Virus record (IMG/VR): IMGVR_UViG_3300007513_001761
Span: 49,249 to 113,248 of that record
Source: a virus
DNA: 64,000 nucleotides
Strand: one strand, 5' to 3'
The position numbers and the translations under genes were made by a program. The notes beneath the pieces are model-generated. The model worked only from the letters and a program-made list of their open reading frames with translations. It made no database searches and was not told the origin of the DNA. Positions 1 to 9,209 of the stretch are shown one piece after another. Position 1 is the first letter of the stretch. Each line of letters opens with the position of its first letter.

Positions 1-308
1 AGAATGCGCTCGTTTGTGGCCAACAAATCGTAAGCATATTTATGGAAATATGTGATACCACCGATCATAGCTGCGCCGGCAACAATGTATTGAATATCTT
101 GAAGTACTTCTGGAACATTATTCGGATCAAAGTCAATCACATCCATCTCAATCAGATGAAAGTTTGGATGAGTATCGTGAGGGCGTGTGATTGGCCCATA
201 CTTTGAGAAGTTGTCAACCCCAACAACCGTGTATCCTTTATCCAAAAACTCGGCACACAGGTATGAGCCGATAAAGCCTTGACTTCCTGTGATTAGTATT
301 TTACTCAT
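1..308 (-). CDS. NAD-dependent epimerase/dehydratase (extended SDR), truncated by window edge
   Basis: Manual translation MSKILITGSQGFIGSYL...VVGVDNFS; TGxxGxxG Rossmann motif. Confidence 0.85.
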   Translation of the reverse strand, partial: MSKILITGSQGFIGSYLCAEFLDKGYTVVGVDNFSKYGPITRPHDTHPNFHLIEMDVIDFDPNNVPEVLQDIQYIVAGAAMIGGITYFHKYAYDLLATNERI

Positions 309-1129
309 TAGTTTGGACTCATTGGTTGGCGTGGGATCATATTAATATAAGTTTTATCACTTCCTTTTCTCTTTGCCCAAATTGGAATCCCTATCGTTTG
401 ACAGGGTATTACCACGACTTCTTCACCAAAAGAATCATATACAGCCTGTATTACGCCAGGATGGCACCCAGTTTTTTCGTCTAATTGTAAATAATGAGAG
501 TTAATCTGTTCATCAGTAAAAGTGTTGGCCAAGTTTATATCTAAGCAATCATGCCCACAAATAATGCCACCTTCTTTTACCTTCGGCAAATATGCTTCAA
601 TATCTCTCTTAACACCTTTATAGGTGTGATCCGCATCAATAAAACATAAATCTAACGAATTATCGCGTATGTGTTTGCTCATTGCAACCGAATCCCCTTT
701 CAATATTTCCACTGTGTCTTCTATGTTGGCCGCTTTCAAATTATGCTGCAGTCTTTGTTCTGTTAACATCATCTGGTTTTCATCATTATCGTAAGCGTGG
801 CGATCTCCTCCCTTTAAAGTACGCGGCGAATCGTGCCCTTCGTTTCCTTTAAACCAATCGATAGCATATATTTTTCCGTTTAAATTTTTTATCGTAGGTG
901 CGTAGTGTAATAATGTTTCTCCACACCAAACACCAACTTCAGCCATCGTAAAGGTGGGTTTTATTACACTGTGGATCAGCCAAAGCAACGCATCAATAGG
1001 TTCATCTTGTATAGCTAATGGCATTACGTGTATACCCCCTTCTTGTACCTCCAACCAATACGGGATGCCGTTAAGCAAATAAGGTCCATTATTAAGCTTT
1101 CGATAATAGCTGAGTTTGTGTTTTTTCAT
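308..1129 (-). CDS. Class I SAM-dependent methyltransferase (Methyltransf_24-like)
   Basis: AEVGVWCG motif I; DLCFIDADHTY...GGIICGHD. Confidence 0.85.
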   Translation of the reverse strand: MKKHKLSYYRKLNNGPYLLNGIPYWLEVQEGGIHVMPLAIQDEPIDALLWLIHSVIKPTFTMAEVGVWCGETLLHYAPTIKNLNGKIYAIDWFKGNEGHDSPRTLKGGDRHAYDNDENQMMLTEQRLQHNLKAANIEDTVEILKGDSVAMSKHIRDNSLDLCFIDADHTYKGVKRDIEAYLPKVKEGGIICGHDCLDINLANTFTDEQINSHYLQLDEKTGCHPGVIQAVYDSFGEEVVVIPCQTIGIPIWAKRKGSDKTYINMIPRQPMSPN

Positions 1130-2145
1130 TTTAGCTTTCCTTTGGTATATGGCAACATTTCAAAATCAGCGGCACGAAAAGTATGAATAATGTCCATTAT
1201 TTCATCCGTATACCAATCTAATATGTTTTCAGGCATATATTCTTTCCATTTCGCCCCCAAGTTTAAAATATGCGGCATTTTCATAGATTTGCGCGGTATC
1301 TTTTGGTTTACACATAACCGATTATAATCTTCTTCGATGTGTTCTAATCGAATAAGATATAATGGTCGCAGGGGATCGCCAACGAACTGATCACCTGGCG
1401 AAAGGTAAAAGGCTTGATCCGGCAGACCCCCAAATCGCATGCTCTGCGGATCGACAGAAGGACGTGGTCCTGGGGTTGGGAGTGTTGGGCAATCCCAAGC
1501 ATCAGTCACATGTGGATGTGGGGCTCTTCCTGCATGCGCACTGTTTATCATCCACTGTTCCCATGCTTTTTGTACAAACTCTCGCTTCTTTAAGGCGTCG
1601 GCGCGGGCAAAATTGAGATCTTTCAGCTTGTTTTGGAGAGTATGAGAATTTTGATAAAAAAACCATGAAACTTCTCTGGTGTACGGGTTCCTGCAGCTTC
1701 CGTAAAATGTATACTCATCCATCTCCAAAAAGCTTTTATATAGAGAGAAGCGCGGATCGCCCATAAGCTGCAACCACCAAAACAGAGGTAAATGTTTTAT
1801 ATTTCCCTGTCCAACATCCGGGATCCCGGATGTGACACTAAAAACAGCATCTGCCCCCCACAGCATGTGTGGGAGACGATAGTCTATTGGGATATCGTTC
1901 GCTATAGCCCACTCAACCCCTCCATCATGTTTCGCTGCGGTGCTGTATACCCAGGGCGACCACCAGGGGAAATCTTCACCGGGCGGGTAAATAGCTGCAA
2001 TAGCGCCTTTTCCCAGGCGCGCGTCTTCTTCTTCATATACCACAGAACACTCTTGACCTGTGTCCGCATGAAGGGCTGTATTAATAGAAGTTCCGCCGGC
2101 TTTAGATGTATGAATGTATATAAATCTATATTTATTAGAAATCAT
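1126..2145 (-). CDS. Sulfotransferase family 2-like protein
   Basis: FIYIHTSKAGGTS (5'-PAPS motif), RNPYTREVSWF (3'-PAPS motif), C-terminal DFEMLPY. Confidence 0.75.
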   Translation of the reverse strand: MISNKYRFIYIHTSKAGGTSINTALHADTGQECSVVYEEEDARLGKGAIAAIYPPGEDFPWWSPWVYSTAAKHDGGVEWAIANDIPIDYRLPHMLWGADAVFSVTSGIPDVGQGNIKHLPLFWWLQLMGDPRFSLYKSFLEMDEYTFYGSCRNPYTREVSWFFYQNSHTLQNKLKDLNFARADALKKREFVQKAWEQWMINSAHAGRAPHPHVTDAWDCPTLPTPGPRPSVDPQSMRFGGLPDQAFYLSPGDQFVGDPLRPLYLIRLEHIEEDYNRLCVNQKIPRKSMKMPHILNLGAKWKEYMPENILDWYTDEIMDIIHTFRAADFEMLPYTKGKLK

Positions 2146-2927
2146 TTTCGCATCCCCTTGAAAACTGTAACTCTATATTTACTGTTTTCATCCAAAAGAT
2201 CTTCGAAAAAGTCTACTCCAGTATCCGCCATCAACTTGGCCATGGCAGAAACATCTTTGGGCAAACACATTCCCCCAAACCCTCTGAAGTTATCATTACA
2301 TTCTAGATAATTGCTGTGGATGTGCTTTCGTTTAACGACAGCATTCTTTACATTGGTATAGTCAACACCTTGTATTTTGCATGCTTCGTAAAAGCTGTTA
2401 GCAAAAATAATCAGCATTGCGTTGTATACGTTGTTGAAATACTTACAGAATTCTGCCTCGGAGGGCGTCAGGCGCACAAATTCGTCCGGAAAGGAGCCGT
2501 GACAATCTTTGAGGATCTTGTAGGTCTTGTCGTCTTCGCAACCTAAAATACAAACATCGTGATTTTCGGTGAAGTCTGTGATGGCGCACCGCTCACGCAA
2601 AAACTCGGGAACGAAGCAAACGTTCAAACCTGTTTCTTCGCGAAGGCGATCTGTTGTTCCAGGAACGACTGTAGACTTAATGGCTACAATGCCTTCATAA
2701 CCTTTTGTTTTAAGTTCACCAATGACTTCTTCAACGATTGAAACATCGCAAGACCCGTCATTATCGCGTGGTGTTGGTACACAAATGAAAACAGCTTCAG
2801 TGTCTAAAACCGCATCGATGGTGGTACCCAAAACAATATCGTGTGCGGACACATTATGGCCCAACAACTCAAATCCAAACTGACAGGCACCACCTACCAC
2901 GCCGATTCCTACAACTCCAATATTCAT
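2142..2927 (-). CDS. ugd: UDP-glucose/GDP-mannose 6-dehydrogenase (short, lacking C-terminal domain)
   Basis: GxGxVG, ICVPTP, KSTVVPGT, PEFLRE, GFGGMCLPKD. Confidence 0.9.
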   Translation of the reverse strand: MNIGVVGIGVVGGACQFGFELLGHNVSAHDIVLGTTIDAVLDTEAVFICVPTPRDNDGSCDVSIVEEVIGELKTKGYEGIVAIKSTVVPGTTDRLREETGLNVCFVPEFLRERCAITDFTENHDVCILGCEDDKTYKILKDCHGSFPDEFVRLTPSEAEFCKYFNNVYNAMLIIFANSFYEACKIQGVDYTNVKNAVVKRKHIHSNYLECNDNFRGFGGMCLPKDVSAMAKLMADTGVDFFEDLLDENSKYRVTVFKGMRK

Positions 2928-3754
2928 TCGTATCCAAGCTCCTTGTAACTCTGCGGCAATTTGCCGTCTTTAAATTCAAACCTTCGTTTCCAAATCGGAG
3001 ATGATTGTTGCCAGTTGTCTAAATCTATTTGAATGCGCTGGTTGGCAGCGGCAGGCTGCATATAAATCTCATCAAACTTGGGCTTGTCAGAGAATGTTTG
3101 CGCATCGAAGATTGGTGCATGATCCTTTGTCTTGTTAACATAATGATTACATGTAGTTGCGTCCGTTTGAGAGTCGAACAAGCGCCCCCCATCAGCCTGA
3201 ACTCTGAACATCAGATCGTGAAGGGGATGGTTGATGTATTCAAATTGACAGTCCCAGCCGCCAAGCTCCTTAAAGTAATCCATCATCATAAAGTGATGAA
3301 GAGAGATCTTATATTCCTGGGGGATCCCTGGTAATCTCAGTTCGTTGTGGAAGTGTGCAGTCCAGAATCCCATGGGGAGCGTTTGTCCGCCGTACATCGC
3401 GCCTTCTCGATAGCGCATGTTGATTACATCTTTAGTTGTGCAAATATCGCGATGAAATCTAACAGCATTGTCGATAGCATCCGGCAAGAAGATCGCATCA
3501 TCTACGCAGTGATACATATACTCGCCTGTACATTGCAAGGCGCCAATTTGTGCGGCCCTAGTCGGGGCGCCATAATCCTTAATCAATTTGACATTATCAA
3601 AGTGAGTCATTTCTGAAGGTAAATCAAAAGGACTTACCAACACCAATTCCCAAGTATGCTCTTTGCATGCGTTAAATAAACTGCCATACATCATCAGCCA
3701 TTGGTGCGTTCGAATTGCCGGCATTAAAACCGATACATCATACTCAAAGCTCAT
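2924..3754 (-). CDS. GT-A (family 2-like) glycosyltransferase
   Basis: VSVLMP N-terminus, VDD motif, GGWD motif. Confidence 0.75.
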   Translation of the reverse strand: MSFEYDVSVLMPAIRTHQWLMMYGSLFNACKEHTWELVLVSPFDLPSEMTHFDNVKLIKDYGAPTRAAQIGALQCTGEYMYHCVDDAIFLPDAIDNAVRFHRDICTTKDVINMRYREGAMYGGQTLPMGFWTAHFHNELRLPGIPQEYKISLHHFMMMDYFKELGGWDCQFEYINHPLHDLMFRVQADGGRLFDSQTDATTCNHYVNKTKDHAPIFDAQTFSDKPKFDEIYMQPAAANQRIQIDLDNWQQSSPIWKRRFEFKDGKLPQSYKELGYE

Positions 3755-4733
3755 AGCCTACTCCTCCCATAACTTCATTCCAAAAGGTTGTGGCGTTGAA
3801 TTTCTTCTTGTAAATTTTGTAACCTTTCTCTACAATATAATTCCTTTCTTTCTCGTTGTCAAGATAATACTGCATCTTTTCTACCAAATCTTCTTCGTTT
3901 TCAAACTCTACATAATGCACGCTTGGTTTCAGGTAGTTTTCGATGGGGCTGTTTTTCCGCTCTAATAACAACGACTTACTTGCCAGGATCTCCCAGACGC
4001 GACCTTTACATTGGTCATAGCCATCGGGACCCTCTGGGAAGTTGAGGCTAATCTTGCTTTGTCTCATTAATTGAGCATAGCGCTCGGGGCTTAAGCCTTC
4101 TTCGCGTTGACCTCCTCCCACATGAACCTGAACCCCGTTGGTGATAAGGTGAGTCAAATAACGTTGTCGCTCTGGATATCGAGGAGATCCTAAAAAGCTC
4201 ACATTAATCGTTTGATGTTCTTTGCTCTCAATTGGATGATACAAGTTTTCGTCTTGAGGAGCCCAGAGCCACACTAAGTTATCAATCTTGGTGTTAGTGT
4301 TGCGCTCGGATCCCCAGCACACATGCAAGTCCGCAAATCCTTTCTCGTTCAGTTCTTGGATTTCGGGCAATCCCCACCCATCAAAAACATCGGGCCACAT
4401 AAACACGGTTTTGCATCCCTTTTCGCGGATGTATTCATAGCTTGCTGCTGTAGGGTTTAAATGGGATTTCCCCAAGAGAGAAAAAATCACCACGGTTGGC
4501 TCAACCCGATCAATAAGGGTTGGCATAAATGCGTCAATGTGCTTCTTTTTAATGAGAGAATACTCATCCATATGCACAATGTTGAATTCTACATCGGGGT
4601 ATGTTGTTTTAAACGTTCGAAACAAGTTGTGATAGTTGTTTGTGAGTCCTCGGGCCGGATTCGCGTCACACCATTTCTCTGTTACAAACAACACTTTTGC
4701 GCTATTTTTCTCCATAATAATCTCCATATTCAA
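3744..4733 (-). CDS. Glycosyltransferase (CgeB/Glyco_trans_1_2-like)
   Basis: VSFLGS..R, SKISLN, KGRVWE, YYLDNEKER..I...GY. Confidence 0.8.
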   Translation of the reverse strand: MNMEIIMEKNSAKVLFVTEKWCDANPARGLTNNYHNLFRTFKTTYPDVEFNIVHMDEYSLIKKKHIDAFMPTLIDRVEPTVVIFSLLGKSHLNPTAASYEYIREKGCKTVFMWPDVFDGWGLPEIQELNEKGFADLHVCWGSERNTNTKIDNLVWLWAPQDENLYHPIESKEHQTINVSFLGSPRYPERQRYLTHLITNGVQVHVGGGQREEGLSPERYAQLMRQSKISLNFPEGPDGYDQCKGRVWEILASKSLLLERKNSPIENYLKPSVHYVEFENEEDLVEKMQYYLDNEKERNYIVEKGYKIYKKKFNATTFWNEVMGGVGYEL

Positions 4734-5241
4734 CCACTAAAGTGCTTTTTCCGTCAGTTCTATTATATGCCTTATAATATGCTGGGAATATATCCGATGG
4801 TTCTTCCAACCGAATCACTTCAATGTTATTTACCATCAATCGCAAACCATCGGTAAAATCGCCAACATGTTGCGCTTGCGGATGTAGTGGCCTTTCGGAT
4901 CCAATTCCAGTGCGGATGATAACCTTTGGGATGTATTCCCCATGCGAGAATTCAGGCATCCTGTCTAAGTGATTGATTAGCTGATTCATTGTGAGCAACA
5001 AAAAGTTCCATCTAGGATAAATGCTAATTGGCACCGTACCGGCCACTGCAAGTCCGTTGGTGATGCCCATCTGCATTTCTTCATCTACGGGCATTTCTAA
5101 AAGCTTTTCTCTCGCGACATCCTGGAGCGTGTTAGTCATTGCTGTACCTTTATAGGCAACCGCTTGTCCTAAAAACAAGGTATCTGGCTGTTCTCCCAGA
5201 TAGGTCATGGCTCTCTGCAATTCGTCAAAATACTGTCCCAT
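4702..5241 (-). CDS. ThDP-dependent enzyme, E1-beta/transketolase pyrimidine-binding subunit
   Basis: FLGQ, EMPVDE..QMG...GLA, NQLIN, HPQAQH; adjacent to alpha-like subunit. Confidence 0.8.
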   Translation of the reverse strand: MGQYFDELQRAMTYLGEQPDTLFLGQAVAYKGTAMTNTLQDVAREKLLEMPVDEEMQMGITNGLAVAGTVPISIYPRWNFLLLTMNQLINHLDRMPEFSHGEYIPKVIIRTGIGSERPLHPQAQHVGDFTDGLRLMVNNIEVIRLEEPSDIFPAYYKAYNRTDGKSTLVVEYGDYYGEK

Positions 5242-5855
5242 TAAAATTGTACCCTCTTTCCTGCACCAGCGTGCGGATATTTATCTAGTTTATAGCTGTA
5301 ATATGTCACATAGTCGTCATTAACACCTTCATAGGTGAGCTTTTCTTGGTTCCAGGTTGCGCGGGTGTCAGTACAGACTGATTTACCGTTATCTTCGACA
5401 ATAAAGTGAATAGGCAATTCATGATTACGAGAGTACTTGATACACTCGTGTGCAATACCTGTTTCGGATGTCATGTCTCCCATGAAGCAGTATACCTTGT
5501 TCGTACCCCCATTGCGCTTGATATCGAGAGCAAGCCCAACTGAAATCGGTAGCACTCCGGTCACAATGCCCGATGATAACACTCTGTATTCTTTGAAACA
5601 CAGTGAAATGCTTCGGCCTTGTAGAATTGCAGCCTTAAGCTCCTCTGGCGGGACTCCCTTTAATAGGCATTGATAATGACTTCTCCAAGAGCAAAGAACC
5701 CAATCTTCGGGTCCTATGTTATGTTTTTGGAATATCTCGATTACCTGTTCTTCGTTGCCGTTATATAAGTGTACCGGAGCACGGATTTGAGCGTCGTCAA
5801 AACATCGCGCAATCTCAGTTTCAAATTCAACCAATTCTTCTTTTGAAAGCACCAT
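5241..5855 (-). CDS. ThDP-dependent enzyme, E1-alpha-like subunit
   Basis: PVHL..GNE, WRSH, GD...(x)n...VEDN ThDP-binding motif. Confidence 0.85.
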   Translation of the reverse strand: MVLSKEELVEFETEIARCFDDAQIRAPVHLYNGNEEQVIEIFQKHNIGPEDWVLCSWRSHYQCLLKGVPPEELKAAILQGRSISLCFKEYRVLSSGIVTGVLPISVGLALDIKRNGGTNKVYCFMGDMTSETGIAHECIKYSRNHELPIHFIVEDNGKSVCTDTRATWNQEKLTYEGVNDDYVTYYSYKLDKYPHAGAGKRVQF

Positions 5856-7363
5856 TAATCTCCTAAAAGTTTTCGTTTGAGCTTAATCTTCGTCATCTTT
5901 TCAAGATCGGCTCTTGTGTTCAGCCCGAACTTATCTTCTATCATATTAAGATATCGTTCATTTGTATAGTATTTTAAGAACGCTTCATCCCGAAACTTGA
6001 GAACGTCAGCGGCCGAGATGTGTTTCGTTGGAAGTGGTTGTGTTTCATACGAATGCTGAGAATATCCCACATATTCTTCTGGCAGTTCCCATCCCTCTTT
6101 TAAGGCGTCCAAATAGAGCTTTGAGCCGGGGTATGCCATAGCCGAATAATAGTTGGCAAATTCACAATTAAGCTCCATAGACAAGTCTAACGTGTCTTGC
6201 ATGGTATCAACAGTATCTTCTGGAAGTCCAAAAATATAGTTACCGATTACGTTAATGCCGTGACCTTGAATCTTTTCGACCAAATCTCGGATGTTTACTT
6301 CCGTAAATTTTCCCTTAACCACATCCTTGCGAACTACTGTGTTTCCCGACTCGATGCCCAGGGCCAACCAGTTGATACCAGCGTTCTTGAGGGTTTCAAG
6401 GTACTCTTCTTTGACTGTGTCAATACGAGCATATGCCCAAATGTTAAAGTCATAATTCCTTTCAATCAACAGATCACACAGCTTCATAAAGTGATCCTTG
6501 TACAAGACAAACATCTCGTCAGCTATCTTAACGTTCTTAATACCCATCTGATGGAGTAGTTCGAACTCCGAGACGATGAATTCCGGATCCCAAAAACGGA
6601 ATTTATTGCGACCGTAGTCCCAATTTTCCAGATTATTGTTACCAAAGGGCGCATTAATGCAGCAAAAACTGCACTTAAACGGGCATCCTAGGCTGGTGTA
6701 TAAAGATGCGAATGGGGTCTTGTCATTGTCATTAGACATCGCATGCCAATTGGAGGTTCTATATCGATCCATTGGCAACAAGTCCCAAGCCATTCCTGGC
6801 AATTCACTTGGCAACTCTTCTTGTGTAATTAAAGGCGCGGGTCTTGTGCACAAAACATGCCCGTCGTCCCGATACCAAAGTCCCGGCACCTTTTTTAGTT
6901 GTGTAGGATCATCCATATCCACATTGAGCAATCCGGCGATTGTGAGTGGACCTTCACCCTGACACACAAAGTCGGTTTCTTCCTCTTCCATCGTTTGGCG
7001 AGAAACGGCGGACGGATGAAGTCCTATCATGAGCGTTTTTAAATCGGGGTACCTCTGCTTAAGCTCTTGCACCAACAGGCGCGCCCCAATCATATTCTGC
7101 GTGGAAGCAGAGGGCTGCTGTCCATAGATCACAATCGCCACCAACTTGGGGCGATAGTAACCGATCATAGACGCAGATTCGGCAGCATCGATACGTGCAG
7201 CCTCACAATCCAAGATTTTGGCAGAATAGCCGTTTTTGCGTGCATTGTTAGCTAACAACGCAGCCCAAATCGGAGGTTCAATCGCAGAATACTCTTTACT
7301 GAGTTTCTGATAAATGATTGGTGCACCGTTGGGATGCACGAATAATACGTCTAATTGTTTCAT
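5855..7363 (-). CDS. B12-binding radical SAM protein (class B methyltransferase-like)
   Basis: N-terminal cobalamin-binding region (PP..LA, GxHP, GEG), SLGCPFKCSFC (CxxxCxxC), GIESG, IFGLPED, YPGS. Confidence 0.9.
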   Translation of the reverse strand: MKQLDVLFVHPNGAPIIYQKLSKEYSAIEPPIWAALLANNARKNGYSAKILDCEAARIDAAESASMIGYYRPKLVAIVIYGQQPSASTQNMIGARLLVQELKQRYPDLKTLMIGLHPSAVSRQTMEEEETDFVCQGEGPLTIAGLLNVDMDDPTQLKKVPGLWYRDDGHVLCTRPAPLITQEELPSELPGMAWDLLPMDRYRTSNWHAMSNDNDKTPFASLYTSLGCPFKCSFCCINAPFGNNNLENWDYGRNKFRFWDPEFIVSEFELLHQMGIKNVKIADEMFVLYKDHFMKLCDLLIERNYDFNIWAYARIDTVKEEYLETLKNAGINWLALGIESGNTVVRKDVVKGKFTEVNIRDLVEKIQGHGINVIGNYIFGLPEDTVDTMQDTLDLSMELNCEFANYYSAMAYPGSKLYLDALKEGWELPEEYVGYSQHSYETQPLPTKHISAADVLKFRDEAFLKYYTNERYLNMIEDKFGLNTRADLEKMTKIKLKRKLLGD

Positions 7364-7375
7364 TTCTTGCCTAGG

Positions 7376-8308
7376 TTAATAATTTGCATACCAAGGAGAT
7401 TCAATAATACTGTATGCCTTAATAAGCTGCTGAATGCCATCATCTAAATCATATTGACATTCAAATCCTTTGTCGTAAAACTTCTGACTACTCACAATAT
7501 AATCACGAGTGTCGGGATCGGAAGTAAATTCTGCCCTCATAATTTCGAGAGGCAAGTGTTCTTGAATCTTTTCGGCCAACTGAAGCTTGTTCATGTTCAA
7601 GCTGTCGTTGCCAACGTTATAGGTTTCGTTCTTACAAGATTCCCAATTGTCGATGACGTGCTTAAATGCCAGACATACATCCTGCAAGTGTACGTAATTT
7701 CTCATAAATTCGCACTCATATAAAACCAAAATGCGCTCACGCAATGTCTTCAGAACAAAGCTATTAACCAACAAATCGGTGCGCATGCGAGTACCAGGGC
7801 CAAAAACAGTGGCCAGTCTAAATGTAACGTGGTTTTCCACATTCTGGTATTCTTTTTCAGCTTCTACTTTTGTAATTCCATAGAGTGAAACTGGATTTAA
7901 TGGAGACTCTTCTGTACAAACAGAACCATCGACGCTAACGCCGTACCCTGAATTAGTGCAAGGATAAATTACCAATTGCTCATCAGTTTTGTTCTGAGCA
8001 ATCCAGGCGTTTACTCCGTGATTGATTTCGACGGCGCTGCGCTTGTCTTTCTCACATAGCGGAAATCCTACCAGCGCTGCCAGCGGAATAATGATATCCG
8101 CTTTCTCTACGTTTTCTTTTAGTGTGGGAATATCTCTCACATCTGCTTTAATGAATTCGAAATTAGGATGAATTGTATACCTCAACAATGAAGTAGGATC
8201 ATACATCAAGTTATCGTATGCCACGACTTTGTGTCCATCATCCAACAAATGCTGCGTCAGTTCGCTACCAATGTAGCCTGCGCCGCCTGTAATTAAAATA
8301 TTAGCCAT
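7376..8308 (-). CDS. NAD-dependent epimerase/dehydratase
   Basis: TGGAGYIG; YGITK (YxxxK); RLATVFG. Confidence 0.92.
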   Translation of the reverse strand: MANILITGGAGYIGSELTQHLLDDGHKVVAYDNLMYDPTSLLRYTIHPNFEFIKADVRDIPTLKENVEKADIIIPLAALVGFPLCEKDKRSAVEINHGVNAWIAQNKTDEQLVIYPCTNSGYGVSVDGSVCTEESPLNPVSLYGITKVEAEKEYQNVENHVTFRLATVFGPGTRMRTDLLVNSFVLKTLRERILVLYECEFMRNYVHLQDVCLAFKHVIDNWESCKNETYNVGNDSLNMNKLQLAEKIQEHLPLEIMRAEFTSDPDTRDYIVSSQKFYDKGFECQYDLDDGIQQLIKAYSIIESPWYANY

Positions 8309-8599
8309 TTACCACTCCAATTTTCCTGTTAAAATGTCTTTGAGCATTACCCAATCGCAGGCTTTGGCCCAGATGGGACGAGAGAATGCTGCGGGTTTGT
8401 TCTTTTCGATAAAAAAGTGACCACTCCACGCAAAAGGATACACAATAAATGGTGCAGCCACAAGCAGCAGCCATACCTTCATATATATTACCGCAGCTAC
8501 AAAGCCAATTGTAGCCATTTGTCCCATAACATGCAGCCGACGCGTCCATTTGTTTTGATGAAGCGTCAGATAGTATTCATAATATTCTTTAAACGTCAT
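8309..8599 (-). CDS. DUF962/Mpo1-like membrane protein
   Basis: YL..H....R.LH..G and AW.GHFFIEKNKPA. Confidence 0.8.
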   Translation of the reverse strand: MTFKEYYEYYLTLHQNKWTRRLHVMGQMATIGFVAAVIYMKVWLLLVAAPFIVYPFAWSGHFFIEKNKPAAFSRPIWAKACDWVMLKDILTGKLEW

Positions 8600-8811
8600 T
8601 CTTTTGTTTTTACCTTCCCATATGATATTTGATTACAAACTCTTTCATAAAAATAATAAATAATAAACCCAGTTATGTTCATAAATAAAGCATTTAATAA
8701 AGCATCATCAGTTGTAGTACTCACTAAAATAACAAAACTATTGAGAATCGCAATTATTCTCCATATGACAGTCTTTAAGATGCTTCTTTGTCGGGTCTCC
8801 CTAATTTCCAA
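8596..8811 (-). CDS. DUF2061-like small membrane protein
   Basis: RSILKTVIWR...YYFYER. Confidence 0.7.
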   Translation of the reverse strand: MEIRETRQRSILKTVIWRIIAILNSFVILVSTTTDDALLNALFMNITGFIIYYFYERVCNQISYGKVKTKE

Positions 8812-9209
8812 CTAATCTCCCAATCTTTAAACTCGGCTGCTAGGCAGTCAATTTTATAATCTTTTCTACCACCTACAATCTCTTGAATTTTGTTTTTAGC
8901 CGTATTTCTAATACCATTCAGACCATGAGTTAGCTCAAGATTATTTCCATCTTTAATTCCCTTGCGATAATTTGACTCATTGTGCCAAATGTGTAAATTC
9001 ATCTGTGAAAGCACAACAATAGATCTAATCAAATCTGCGTCAATCCCTTCGCTTTCAGGCAACAAAATATCAATATCATGACAAATGTCAGCAATTTCCT
9101 GAGCATATTCTGCTTTGTGTTCTGTGATAAATACTTCTTTTAACTGTGCAATGGAAAGCCTATCTACGAGTTCAGAGAGGGTTGGTAAATATCGCCGTTC
9201 GTCAGCCAT
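8775..9209 (-). CDS. Hypothetical helical protein of sugar-modification clusters
   Basis: ELVDRLSI..LK, N..IWH.E, LN..RN..K pattern. Confidence 0.5.
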   Translation of the reverse strand: MADERRYLPTLSELVDRLSIAQLKEVFITEHKAEYAQEIADICHDIDILLPESEGIDADLIRSIVVLSQMNLHIWHNESNYRKGIKDGNNLELTHGLNGIRNTAKNKIQEIVGGRKDYKIDCLAAEFKDWEISWKLGRPDKEAS

